The position numbers and the translations under genes are program-made. 64,000 nt of DNA from a virus (Duplodnaviria > Caudoviricetes): positions 138 through 64,137 of the IMG/VR virus record IMGVR_UViG_3300025122_000013, one strand, 5' to 3'. The notes below the pieces were generated by a model. It saw only the letters and a program-made list of their open reading frames with translations. It was not told the DNA's origin and did not search any database. Below, one piece after another: positions 27,301 to 35,327 of the stretch; position 1 is the stretch's first letter, and each line of letters opens with the position of its first letter.

Positions 27301-27506
27301 GCATATGGGCCGAACATCTTAGAGTTGAGGCTTCCAAATTTCTTTTCAAAATCTGAATATGATCCAACAGTCACTGGAACGAATGCAGGCCCCATCTCAG
27401 ATGTCCCTGCAACACCTGCTGGTACTCCAACGATCTCAGACACTCTCTGCGAGAGGTCGATTTCGTTTTCAAAGAATCCAGGTGATCTAAACGTTTGTTC
27501 AGCCAT
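24324..27506 (-). CDS. Tail sheath protein, paralog 2
   Basis: SPGFFENEIDLS, GPAFVPVT, YPWFAPAGFNRG, INPIATFP, LDRVNVRRML and PTRAVEFI. Start moved to ATG 27506 behind AGGAG. Confidence 0.95.
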   Translation of the reverse strand: MAEQTFRSPGFFENEIDLSQRVSEIVGVPAGVAGTSEMGPAFVPVTVGSYSDFEKKFGSLNSKMFGPYAVREFLKNRTAATYVRVLGAGANETATDIENTRVAGIVRHAGFKVIGTAVSSDATLGGHKGCVQFLCARHVTSSNESVGYPIFSSNNSFKGQDLDQGFNIVRGMLFSATGTRFEVLDYNQTYSPTNVSDDMANVNPTSSDKLYKTFKLVLSSTAANWSADGYSNVKVFTASLNPTDENYFGNVLNTDPERFESEQHLLYADFPVADEIMTVATSNRSIAICSGSASGSAASGVSGLTYRDGFGRFDTRYTTPRSTYFISQPYGRKEWNLFYFETISDGSVANEKYKISISNLKKPTNPKDPYGTFTVEVRGFDDSDTSPKVLERYPLCTLNPNDPNFISKKIGDFKAYYNFDAELESERRLLVKGKYPNKSSRIRVILSTEMEQKKVPEDAMPFGFRGLPVVKTNDTLTDYSGSIRGTYSNPGGASRGSAANGTLGPGRLTFSKPGSSELGGTALVLSMSILPPVPLRFKCTRGSVKLSPAFVGQQGSEEIADSRYYWGCKFDSIPRTGSLSNAILNSNASTEVNSLFRSYSKFLGIEKLDTLVTGSGADEFNCNKFTLARVALKNAVQQSSGLDNLGTTANNAITGTVKEHMLETAYIRDGFPDLSTYAINDGYITKRVTFATLLAMTSSLYFNKFVDYSKFTNMMYGGFDGVNILDKDMARMNDRASSGDTGGKAVATLDIGLDTNENAFGIGKTNNIIASYRTAAKILTDPMSSRANIIAIPGIRDSALTDYVLDQLEDYGKGFYIMEIPGYNSDGNRVFEGGGLPSVSKTLEDLESRALDNNYAAAYFPDVTINDPINNQLVDVPASVAVIGAIGFSDNVAYPWFAPAGFNRGSLDFVTNVKVRLNQADRDELYDAKINPIATFPRAGFVIFGQKTLQQARTSLDRVNVRRMLLEVKRIIVDVASKIVFEQNTPETRARFVSQATPLLSLVQSQQGIDQFKVVMDSSNNTQEDVENNILNGRIVVVPTRAVEFIAIDFIITNAGVSFE

Positions 27507-27556
27507 CAACAAATCTCCTGTGCTTGTCTCTACAGTTATAACTATCGCTCAAACGA

Positions 27557-28777
27557 TCAATTGTCCTCATCAAGCACGGTATCAAATTGACTTTCTAGAT
27601 CAACGACTATTCTTGAACTTGCAACTGTTTCCCCCGATCTCTGATGACGAGTTTTTATCTTAACCCACCTCTTAGATTTTTCACCTGTAAATGGGTCAAT
27701 TATTGTATCAAGAAGTCTTTCTGATCCCTGTCCTCTCATAGAGGGAGTATGCCCTTTGATGTCGATATTTTGAACATCATTTAAAATAAATTTATTTAAG
27801 TCTCTGTCTCCGTCTGGTGATCCATTAACAGTCTTCACCTCTGTGCTGACTTGATTATATCCAAATTCTATTTGAGGTGCTGAAATAAACTTTCTGAATG
27901 GCTTTGGTAGACCCTCATGCTGCTGTGCAAGAATATATGTCGGTACTGTCATATTAAATGAATATCTAACTATTCTTTCATCGGATGAAAAATCTGTCAG
28001 GTTGTCAGCAGACGTCAGTGTAGGTTTAAGAAAAGCCACATATTGATATCCATCTTTGGACTCTATGAGAAAATCGTGTCCCTGGCCGCTGAAAAATGAG
28101 AATAGCATTTCCATCATTTGATTCATATGCTGCATATACTGTGTCCAAAATATTATCTCATAGTCTATTGCAACAAATTTTGGGTATGGCACCGTTATTA
28201 TCTCAAATATATTTTCACCTAAATTATTTTTTAAAAGGCTTCCATTTGGATCATCTAAGAATGAAAGATTATTATCATTTCTTCTAGATGCCACCTTTCC
28301 TACTTTTGAAATATTTCCTGGAAATATATTATTACTATCAAAATTAGACCTTGCAGCAACATTTGATTGATTTTTTAATCTTAGTTTATTAATAATTTTT
28401 TGATAATCTCTATCTCTAGGATCGAGCCTTTTTCTAACGACATAGCTCTGTTGATTTCTATATGCTATGGCTGTCTTGTACCCACCTTGGCTAGGGCCAT
28501 GATCAAGATTTGTTCTTCTAATTGAAATAATAGGAAGTATGAGAGCATTATTTCTATCACGTATGGGTGACTTTCTTCTTGTAAGTGCAAACCTCTCTCC
28601 GGTTGCAAAAACCACGGGAACCATTTTAGTCGTATTATCTATCTTAATTTGAAATGGTATCGTTTCGTTAAATAGGTTAAACAATGCCCTATCTGTCTCT
28701 TCTATCCCCGATGCAGGAATAAAAAAGTCTTCAGGAACATTTCCTTCATACCCACCATCTAGTTTTCTATCAGACAT
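27557..28777 (-). CDS. Tail terminator / sheath stabiliser (gp15-like)
   Basis: VPVVFATGER, LILPIISIRR, VPYPKFVAIDYEIIFWT..MNQM and ERIVRYSFNM; lies between neck and sheath genes. Confidence 0.7.
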   Translation of the reverse strand: MSDRKLDGGYEGNVPEDFFIPASGIEETDRALFNLFNETIPFQIKIDNTTKMVPVVFATGERFALTRRKSPIRDRNNALILPIISIRRTNLDHGPSQGGYKTAIAYRNQQSYVVRKRLDPRDRDYQKIINKLRLKNQSNVAARSNFDSNNIFPGNISKVGKVASRRNDNNLSFLDDPNGSLLKNNLGENIFEIITVPYPKFVAIDYEIIFWTQYMQHMNQMMEMLFSFFSGQGHDFLIESKDGYQYVAFLKPTLTSADNLTDFSSDERIVRYSFNMTVPTYILAQQHEGLPKPFRKFISAPQIEFGYNQVSTEVKTVNGSPDGDRDLNKFILNDVQNIDIKGHTPSMRGQGSERLLDTIIDPFTGEKSKRWVKIKTRHQRSGETVASSRIVVDLESQFDTVLDEDN

Positions 28778-28783
28778 ATCTAA

Positions 28784-29446
28784 TTAACTCTCATCATAAA
28801 ATGCAGAACCTGCTCTTCCTGCTCCCTTTGGTGTTACCTCTCCTGGTCCAGAAATAGGCTTTGTAAGAACATCGTTTTCCTGTAATGCTCTAATGTCTCC
28901 TGTCGGGCCTTCCACATTCATAGCAAAACCTCTCTGCTGCACAAAGGTTTCCTGGACTGCATCTGGATCTGAGTATGCTTCTGATGTTGGTCCAAATATC
29001 TTTGATGTAAATTGACCCTTTCTAGACTGCTTGCCGGTTATAGTCAAAAATCCTTTATGCTCGATCTCTCCATATATTGTATTTGAATCTGGAGCCTGTA
29101 TAACCTCAAAAAATACAGAGCCATAACTAAAAAAGTCGCCCTCAAGAATCTGTATTCCCTTATCAAGCAGATCTCTTTCTTGTATATACGCTTCAATTGT
29201 ATAATATTCCTCACTTCCAAATACATTTGCTCTAATTTCTTGAGGCTGATATTTTACAAGTGCTCCTATCTCTATGGGATTTTCAAAAACTTTTTCTGGT
29301 GCCTCTTCGTATACATCATGCACCTTTGATTTTATCTCAGATATAGGAAAATAATATATCTTCTGGCCCACTACATCCTTGACGATCTCTTTTCCAATAT
29401 CGTTTATAAAATTTATCTCTCTTGGTGTTATAAAAAGCCTTGACAC
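28784..29446 (-). CDS. Neck / head-closure protein (gp14-like)
   Basis: VVGQKIYYF..VYEEA..K.F..PIEI and EGDFFSYG; synteny with the neck genes. Confidence 0.72.
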   Translation of the reverse strand: MSRLFITPREINFINDIGKEIVKDVVGQKIYYFPISEIKSKVHDVYEEAPEKVFENPIEIGALVKYQPQEIRANVFGSEEYYTIEAYIQERDLLDKGIQILEGDFFSYGSVFFEVIQAPDSNTIYGEIEHKGFLTITGKQSRKGQFTSKIFGPTSEAYSDPDAVQETFVQQRGFAMNVEGPTGDIRALQENDVLTKPISGPGEVTPKGAGRAGSAFYDES

Positions 29447-29449
29447 TGT

Positions 29450-30631
29450 CTATCCCATAAATATTGACCAGCCATTTGGCATTGGAACAAATTTTAATTG
29501 TTTATTAATAAACTCTGCTCTAGATGCAGCTGTTTCGGCTAGCTTATCATATGTCATTGTTTCAAGCATCTCTTTGAGCTTTGTAACAAGTGAATCTCTA
29601 TCTGCTCTTCCTTGATCCACAAGAGATGTTCCGTTTAATGTAAGATCAGATCCAGGTATTGGAATTGTGCTAAATTTTGACCTGATTAATCCAAGCTGCT
29701 CTCTACTTAAGGCCAATGTGTACTGTCTTATCCACTGTCTTCCTATGCTGTTAACGTTGTTATACTCAAGATTTCCAAACGGAATGTCAGATAGATTTGA
29801 AACACCTGATATTGTCTCATCAGTGAATGAGGGATTAAGGGGATCAGAAAAGAATTTCACTCTTAAGAATAACTTTTTAGGATTGATATTTGTCGGGCAT
29901 GGATATATTCTTATATTTGTTCCGACCACCTTATATGAATAATTTGATCTTCTAACCCTGTTAGATAGATCAAGCTGTCCAGCTCTAAGAATGTCCTCAA
30001 AGACCGGCAATACATAAAATATTGTTTCTGGTGTAAAAGATTCAAATGAAAACTCATTATTCAGATAGTTAATCGCTGATGTTGTATCAAAAAATCTATA
30101 TGCGGCCTGTGGTGAAAAGTGAAAAACCTCACTTATTTGAATCTTTGTTCTAGGGCTATTTCTACTTCCTGAAACGATAAGATTTCCACTTGCATCCTTT
30201 AGCTCCTTATAGATATCATAGTCTTGTACGTCCTGTCTCAGCTCTATTGATCCAGACATCATATTATATGCGCCACCGACTCCAGCCTCAGAAGCATACG
30301 GCTCGGCAACTCTTGTTAAGAAATCAAGATTTTCTCTAGGATATTTTCCTTCTGATCCAGACATCACTCCTGATGATCCGGTTATTGGCATTCCTAAAAA
30401 CTGAATCAGCTGTGACTTTGCCTGATATTGATTTAAAATTGAGCTAAACTCTAGTGTTGATTCTTCTAAGTTTGCCCATATCTGCTTTTTTGTCAGCTCA
30501 ACTGATAATATGTCGTCGCCTAACTTTCTTTTAACAAAGACTATAACATTATCAGCCTCTGTTTGAAAGTTTGACTCACTATTAAAAAATCCAAATGGAG
30601 TTGGATTACTTGTATTAGCAAAAGTAGCCAC
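29450..30631 (-). CDS. Neck / head-tail adaptor protein (gp13-like)
   Basis: KLGDDILSVEL and WIRQYTLALSREQLGLIRSKF..IPIPG..LTLNG. Confidence 0.85.
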   Translation of the reverse strand: MATFANTSNPTPFGFFNSESNFQTEADNVIVFVKRKLGDDILSVELTKKQIWANLEESTLEFSSILNQYQAKSQLIQFLGMPITGSSGVMSGSEGKYPRENLDFLTRVAEPYASEAGVGGAYNMMSGSIELRQDVQDYDIYKELKDASGNLIVSGSRNSPRTKIQISEVFHFSPQAAYRFFDTTSAINYLNNEFSFESFTPETIFYVLPVFEDILRAGQLDLSNRVRRSNYSYKVVGTNIRIYPCPTNINPKKLFLRVKFFSDPLNPSFTDETISGVSNLSDIPFGNLEYNNVNSIGRQWIRQYTLALSREQLGLIRSKFSTIPIPGSDLTLNGTSLVDQGRADRDSLVTKLKEMLETMTYDKLAETAASRAEFINKQLKFVPMPNGWSIFMG

Positions 30632-30783
30632 ATGACACCTATGATTGAGAACAACTCTACCAATAAGTATCTCTAAGACTTAAATGATTCTATCTTTCTT
30701 GTATCTGGTGACACTAAAAATGATATAAAATTAATAATAGTTTCTTTATATCTAACTGTAGCAGTGATATTAAAAATTATAAA

Positions 30784-31062
30784 TTACTTTTTAGAAGGTC
30801 TTCCTCTTTTTTTTGAAGCTGTAGTGCTATCACTTTTTACAGGTTCTGAAATCTGAACAGCACTCTTCTCTAGTGCAGGAGGTGAATGAGCAGGCTGTGC
30901 GGTTGTCTGAGAATGTGTTTGCTGCTGATTTTGTGAAAATGATCTAACTGCTACACTTAAAACCTCAGCCTCCTCAAGTGTGTAAATTCCCTTTCTCTGA
31001 GCAACTCTAACACCATTTACTAAAACTGTGAGAGCATTCAATTGATCCTCATACGTTGCCAT
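30784..31062 (-). CDS. Small hypothetical protein with basic KKRGRPSKK (AT-hook-like) tail
   Basis: 92 aa, AGGAG SD, TATAAT upstream. Confidence 0.65.
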   Translation of the reverse strand: MATYEDQLNALTVLVNGVRVAQRKGIYTLEEAEVLSVAVRSFSQNQQQTHSQTTAQPAHSPPALEKSAVQISEPVKSDSTTASKKRGRPSKK

Positions 31063-31125
31063 TATTTCTCCTAATTCATTTATATGAAATTATAATCACA
31101 AAAATCATGTTGTAACACGCACAAT

Positions 31126-31156
31126 AAAAAAAAGGCGACTTAAAAGTCGCCTTTTT
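31126..31156. terminator. Bidirectional intrinsic terminator
   Basis: AAAAAGGCGACTT/AAGTCGCCTTTTT with A/T runs on both sides. Confidence 0.85.
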
Positions 31157-31180
31157 AATTCAAATATTCTAGAAAATATC

Positions 31181-31768
31181 TTAATCTTGTGCGAAACCAA
31201 TGCAACTAATTGTTGGAGTCGTGGTTGTCGTAATAACTTCAACATCAACAAAGTCACCGGCTTGTACACCACTTGAGGCTATAAACTCCACCCCTACATT
31301 AGCATCATTGCCTTCGCTCAGGAAGACAATATCCGTTGCGGCTGCACCGGCTGCGTCTAGAAGCATTCCCTTGAATGGTGTCGCTGTACCGAGCGCACTA
31401 AACCCAGCAGAAGCTGTTAGGAAAATATTATTTGTTAGAACAGCTGCTTGAGAACCTGTAAGCGTGAACCTTGCCTTCCATCCAGCAACTGCTGGGATAT
31501 GAACGGTATAGATTGCAGAGTGATCACCTAATAAAATTGTCTTTCCACTGTGAGATGCAGATAACATACAGTCAGCACCGCTGAAACCAGTTTGCCCTGG
31601 AGCTACAACAACTCTCTCTGATAGCATTCCGCCGAGAGCGACCCCTCCTATCTTTACTGCTGCATTGCATGTCAAAACTTTAGTGTGAGTTGTTTTACTT
31701 TGAACACTAACACCGGAACCAGCTTCTTGAACGATTCCCTTACCGTCTGTAATTGTTACCTTGGGCAT
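31181..31768 (-). CDS. Probable virion head decoration/accessory protein
   Basis: 195 aa, Gly/Ala/Thr/Val-rich and beta-like; strong AAGGAG SD, own terminator, near the capsid gene. Function inferred. Confidence 0.45.
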   Translation of the reverse strand: MPKVTITDGKGIVQEAGSGVSVQSKTTHTKVLTCNAAVKIGGVALGGMLSERVVVAPGQTGFSGADCMLSASHSGKTILLGDHSAIYTVHIPAVAGWKARFTLTGSQAAVLTNNIFLTASAGFSALGTATPFKGMLLDAAGAAATDIVFLSEGNDANVGVEFIASSGVQAGDFVDVEVITTTTTPTISCIGFAQD

Positions 31769-31836
31769 AATCTTTCTCCTTTGTCCGCATGATTCCAGTT
31801 CACCGGCGGGGTCGGCTGATTATATGAACTGGGCCT
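31766..31836 (-). promoter_or_regulatory. Structured GC-rich 5' leader (candidate cis-regulatory RNA)
   Basis: 8-bp stem CCAGUUCA/UGAACUGG. Loop CCGC can pair with downstream GCGG, and loop UAUAAUC can pair with GAUUAUG over the start codon. Confidence 0.5.
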
Positions 31837-31889
31837 AATACTACATATCTCTATGGGGTTAAAATATCATTATAAAGTAATATAATTAT

Positions 31890-33137
31890 CTAAAATCCAG
31901 CGATTACAGAAATTGCTATTAGTCCAGGTAACCTTTGCTTGACATACACACCTGAAAATAATGTATCTGTCCTTCCCCCTACATAAGAAAAAGCTGCTTC
32001 AAGGTTCTTGCTCACACCTGGATTAGATGCCATCTCAGGAGTAACTATTAACAGCATCACTCCTGTTGATGCTTTTCCAGCTGGAGCAGGGCATGGAGAT
32101 GATTTTAAGCATCCCTGATAGAGAATTGATCCCAAATCTTGTCTGTTTACATCTCTAGCAACAGTGCTTCCAATAACCATTCTTCCTGTCGTGCTAAGAA
32201 CTCTCTCAAGATCCTTGGAGTCAAATGATTGTATTGGAGACGTCTCATCTGCTAGCTTCAAAACTTGCCATAGCAGCTTTGCAAAATTTCTATTCGCTGA
32301 GGGATATAGGTCAAGCATTCCGACCTTTCCCCTTAGCAGCTGAAGCTGTTTCTCATTATCAATCATGATGTGTGGATGAAGAGCAACGTCAGACATTAAA
32401 GATTCATAATTTGCTGCTATTGTAGGATTGAGCAATTCCTGAGCAGTCGGTCTTGTAACAATATATACTACCTGGCCCGCTGCCTCTACTGATCTGAGGT
32501 ATCTATCAAATGCTCCACCTAGAATATTGGAAGCGCTTCCTGTTCCTCCGCCGCCGCCGGCAATAACAAAAAGCCAGTCTACCTTTCCTATTCTAGTTCG
32601 AATAGCATCTTCAACAAGCGCACTATTATTTTCCAAAACCTTCTTTCCAAGTGCTATGTCTTTACCGACTCCATCAGCACCAGGCAGCAAAAGAAAATGC
32701 TCAGCCGAGACTCCCTCTGGCTGATCCTTTACAGTTGTATTTATGAGAAGAGTCTTATTAAATCCAAGATCTAGAAATGCCTTGGCGAGTTTTCCTCCCC
32801 CACCGCCGATTCCAAGAAATGCACACTTAATTGCAGATGCGGCAGAATTTTCAGGAAGCATCCTTTCATCTGCGGTAACCGGATCATCATCGTACGCTTC
32901 AACGAAATCAAAATCATCAAAATCACCCTCATCTACTACAGGTGATTCATATTGAGAATGTTCAGGTTCTTCTTGAACATTATGACCTTCATTTATCTGT
33001 GTGTCTGTATCTTGGTTGCTCATTTGGGGCTCCTGTATTTCTTGTGGAGGCTGTCGTTGATCTTTTAACTCATTCGCAACATCCTTTAATGTCTCCTTGG
33101 CTGCTTGCTGGTAAAAGCTATCATTTACATCTGACAT
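31890..33137 (-). CDS. Tubulin/FtsZ-superfamily GTPase (PhuZ/TubZ-like)
   Basis: GIGGGGGKLA, GADGVGKD, signature AGGGGGTGS, IDNEK and T7-like FDSKD. Probable start ATG 33137 behind AGAGGA (the ORF extends to 33200). Confidence 0.9.
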   Translation of the reverse strand: MSDVNDSFYQQAAKETLKDVANELKDQRQPPQEIQEPQMSNQDTDTQINEGHNVQEEPEHSQYESPVVDEGDFDDFDFVEAYDDDPVTADERMLPENSAASAIKCAFLGIGGGGGKLAKAFLDLGFNKTLLINTTVKDQPEGVSAEHFLLLPGADGVGKDIALGKKVLENNSALVEDAIRTRIGKVDWLFVIAGGGGGTGSASNILGGAFDRYLRSVEAAGQVVYIVTRPTAQELLNPTIAANYESLMSDVALHPHIMIDNEKQLQLLRGKVGMLDLYPSANRNFAKLLWQVLKLADETSPIQSFDSKDLERVLSTTGRMVIGSTVARDVNRQDLGSILYQGCLKSSPCPAPAGKASTGVMLLIVTPEMASNPGVSKNLEAAFSYVGGRTDTLFSGVYVKQRLPGLIAISVIAGF

Positions 33138-33261
33138 TATCTTATTATCCTCTTGTTGTTCATCTGCATAGAAAAAACTCGTCTTTATAGAGCTTGTCAT
33201 GACATATATTACTCATTATTCCACATTTATAAATATCTAGCTGACAAACATCTATCACAAA

Positions 33262-33293
33262 TAAAAAAGGGGCGCCTCTATGAGGCGCCCCTT
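33262..33293 (-). terminator. Intrinsic terminator after the major capsid gene
   Basis: AAGGGGCGCCTC/GAGGCGCCCCTT followed by U6 on the minus strand. Confidence 0.9.
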
Positions 33294-33316
33294 AGTAGCT
33301 CATCTCTAAGGATATC

Positions 33317-35290
33317 TTAGATTATGTTAAGATCAAGAACCGTTACTGTTCCGTAGAAGTCAGCACGAACCATCTTCTTACCATACCGAGTCATCACGCC
33401 CTTGCGAGGTGTGAAGTCTTCGGGGGCGAAGATAGTAGGAGTGACGATCAACGGCACGTAAGGTGCGTAGACATATCCTGTCTCAAGGTAGCTTCCACCC
33501 TTGTATCCAACTAGGACCTTATTCCGTGGGAAATAGGGATCCTTGTAAACCGTGAAACGGTTACTTAGGGAACCAATGGGTGTCGCACCAAGCGAGAATG
33601 GATTACTTGTCTGACCAGATCCATCAATAGTGATGTTGGGCTTGTAGAGCACCGAAGCCTCAAAGATCGTTGCGACCTCCGGGGAGCAAACCACGAAGTT
33701 AGCAGAACCTCTAAGGGTCTTACGGTGAATCTCATTAGCAACATCGATGATGGTCTCAACAAGAGTCTCATACCACTCACGAACTGTACCAGTGAACTGA
33801 GGACCTGAAGCTAATGTGCTAGCCTTTGTTGCCTCAGCTGCAGTCTTCTTGTTAACGAACTTACCAGGCATACGTGACCAGTAGTAGTTAGCACCTCTCG
33901 CCTCTGTGAGAAGATCATTGAGAATCTCACGATCAATCTCTAGTGCGATCTGCTCGGAAAGGATCTGAGTTAACTCAACCTCAGCGTCAAGGCTGTGGTA
34001 TGCGTTAAGATCCTGTGCGAGTTCCGGTGACCAACGAGCACGTAGCTTACGAGTCGCGGCTGTAACTGCGATTGACTCAATCTTGATGTCAATCTCAGGA
34101 ATGACCGGACTTGGTGTAGCTGCGAAGTTAGACTCAAAGGTCGGAATCGTCAACACATCACCATCTGAACTATTAACACCAAGGTTAGGTGCCAGTGCAT
34201 ATGATGCAGTGAGGTCGGTAGACCCGTTCGCCGCTGCAGAGGGACCTGCATACGTTCCTGATACGACCATTAACAGTGCCGCATTGGTTGTTGCTGTCGT
34301 AACCAATGGTTGGGACGTGAACTGTCCACCCGAGTACGTTCCAAGCTGGTTGAGACGTCTAAGGTTAAGCACGTTCTTTCCACCCTGCCACTCATCAGAC
34401 AGAGCTGCAATAGAGTCTGCCAAGTTTGAGGGAGAGCTTTGGTTACTAGTACCTGTGTTAGTTCTACTTGCTGAGAACAATGTGATGTCCTTTGCATTAG
34501 TAAGATCAAGACCAGAAACACCACTAAGATCTGTGAGATCAAAGATTAAGAACTGGAATCGACCACTGCCAACACCTGAGGTATCTCCCTCGATCTTCGT
34601 AGTGACCTGTGGATCAAACTGAAGGTGACGTCCATCACTTCCTGTTGCAGCAGCAAGACGACCACTCTGTAACGAGGCATTACCCTGCCACGCGCCAGAT
34701 GCTAGAAGTGTTAGTCTACTATTAGCAGAGGTTCCACTGATTGTCTTGTGAACCTTAGAGTAGGTAGCACCAACTAGATCATACTGGCCACCGGTTGCGA
34801 GTGATCCTGATCGGACACCTTTACCTGTGGGGTTGTTATAGATTGATGTTCCCTTCTGATAGGTCTCAGCAGCAGCAGTGCCCTCAGTTCCGTCTGTGAG
34901 ACTTGCATCACCACCGACGTTATCACCGTAGGTGTAATCCAGATAGAAGAGCAGACCAGAAGGAAGGCTCATTGGCTGAATAGAAACAAGCTCGTTGGAT
35001 ACGAGACCACCGAAGACACGACGAACGATCGGGAATGCGATATTTGTGAAGCCTCTGACGTCGCCAGAGGAGGCGAGGTTACCGCCACCTGTTGATAGAG
35101 AGTTTTGCTCTCTCAGGAGCTGAGCAGCCTGATTTTCAAGAAGTCGAGACATGGTCTCCCGACCATGATCATGCAGGCCTCGAAGAAGTCCTGTTCGGGA
35201 CCACTTTTCGACCAGTCGCATACCTTCAGCACCAATATTTCTATCTCTGATGCCTTCAGTAAGCTGATTTAGTGTGAATGACTTTGCCAT
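33317..35290 (-). CDS. Major capsid protein (T4 gp23-like)
   Basis: AFPIVRRVF, VSIQPMSLPSGLLFY, RKLRARWSPELAQDLNAYHSLDAEVEL, EIDREI, YAPYVPL and RKGVMTRY. Confidence 0.97.
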   Translation of the reverse strand: MAKSFTLNQLTEGIRDRNIGAEGMRLVEKWSRTGLLRGLHDHGRETMSRLLENQAAQLLREQNSLSTGGGNLASSGDVRGFTNIAFPIVRRVFGGLVSNELVSIQPMSLPSGLLFYLDYTYGDNVGGDASLTDGTEGTAAAETYQKGTSIYNNPTGKGVRSGSLATGGQYDLVGATYSKVHKTISGTSANSRLTLLASGAWQGNASLQSGRLAAATGSDGRHLQFDPQVTTKIEGDTSGVGSGRFQFLIFDLTDLSGVSGLDLTNAKDITLFSASRTNTGTSNQSSPSNLADSIAALSDEWQGGKNVLNLRRLNQLGTYSGGQFTSQPLVTTATTNAALLMVVSGTYAGPSAAANGSTDLTASYALAPNLGVNSSDGDVLTIPTFESNFAATPSPVIPEIDIKIESIAVTAATRKLRARWSPELAQDLNAYHSLDAEVELTQILSEQIALEIDREILNDLLTEARGANYYWSRMPGKFVNKKTAAEATKASTLASGPQFTGTVREWYETLVETIIDVANEIHRKTLRGSANFVVCSPEVATIFEASVLYKPNITIDGSGQTSNPFSLGATPIGSLSNRFTVYKDPYFPRNKVLVGYKGGSYLETGYVYAPYVPLIVTPTIFAPEDFTPRKGVMTRYGKKMVRADFYGTVTVLDLNII

Positions 35291-35327
35291 TTTTATTTTT
35301 CTCCTATAATGCAGTTAATGATAAAAT

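Noticed and set aside
9578-28777. Extracellular contractile injection system / tailocin
   Set aside because: The same contiguous block encodes capsid, portal, protease, terminase and replication genes, so this is a phage.
30807-30814. A8 run in the 92-aa gene as another frameshift site
   Set aside because: The frame continues to a sensible stop, and I saw no meaningful alternative-frame extension.
31766-31836. ZTP (pfl) riboswitch, suggested by AGCCGACC
   Set aside because: The upstream GACUGGCG element and the closing CUGGGC are not in the required order. Kept only as an unassigned candidate RNA.
31890-33200. Host-derived ftsZ indicating a cellular contig, or proof of a phage nucleus
   Set aside because: No dcw-cluster context, no NxDFAD loop and no FtsZ C-terminal peptide. 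No chimallin-like gene is recognisable in this window.
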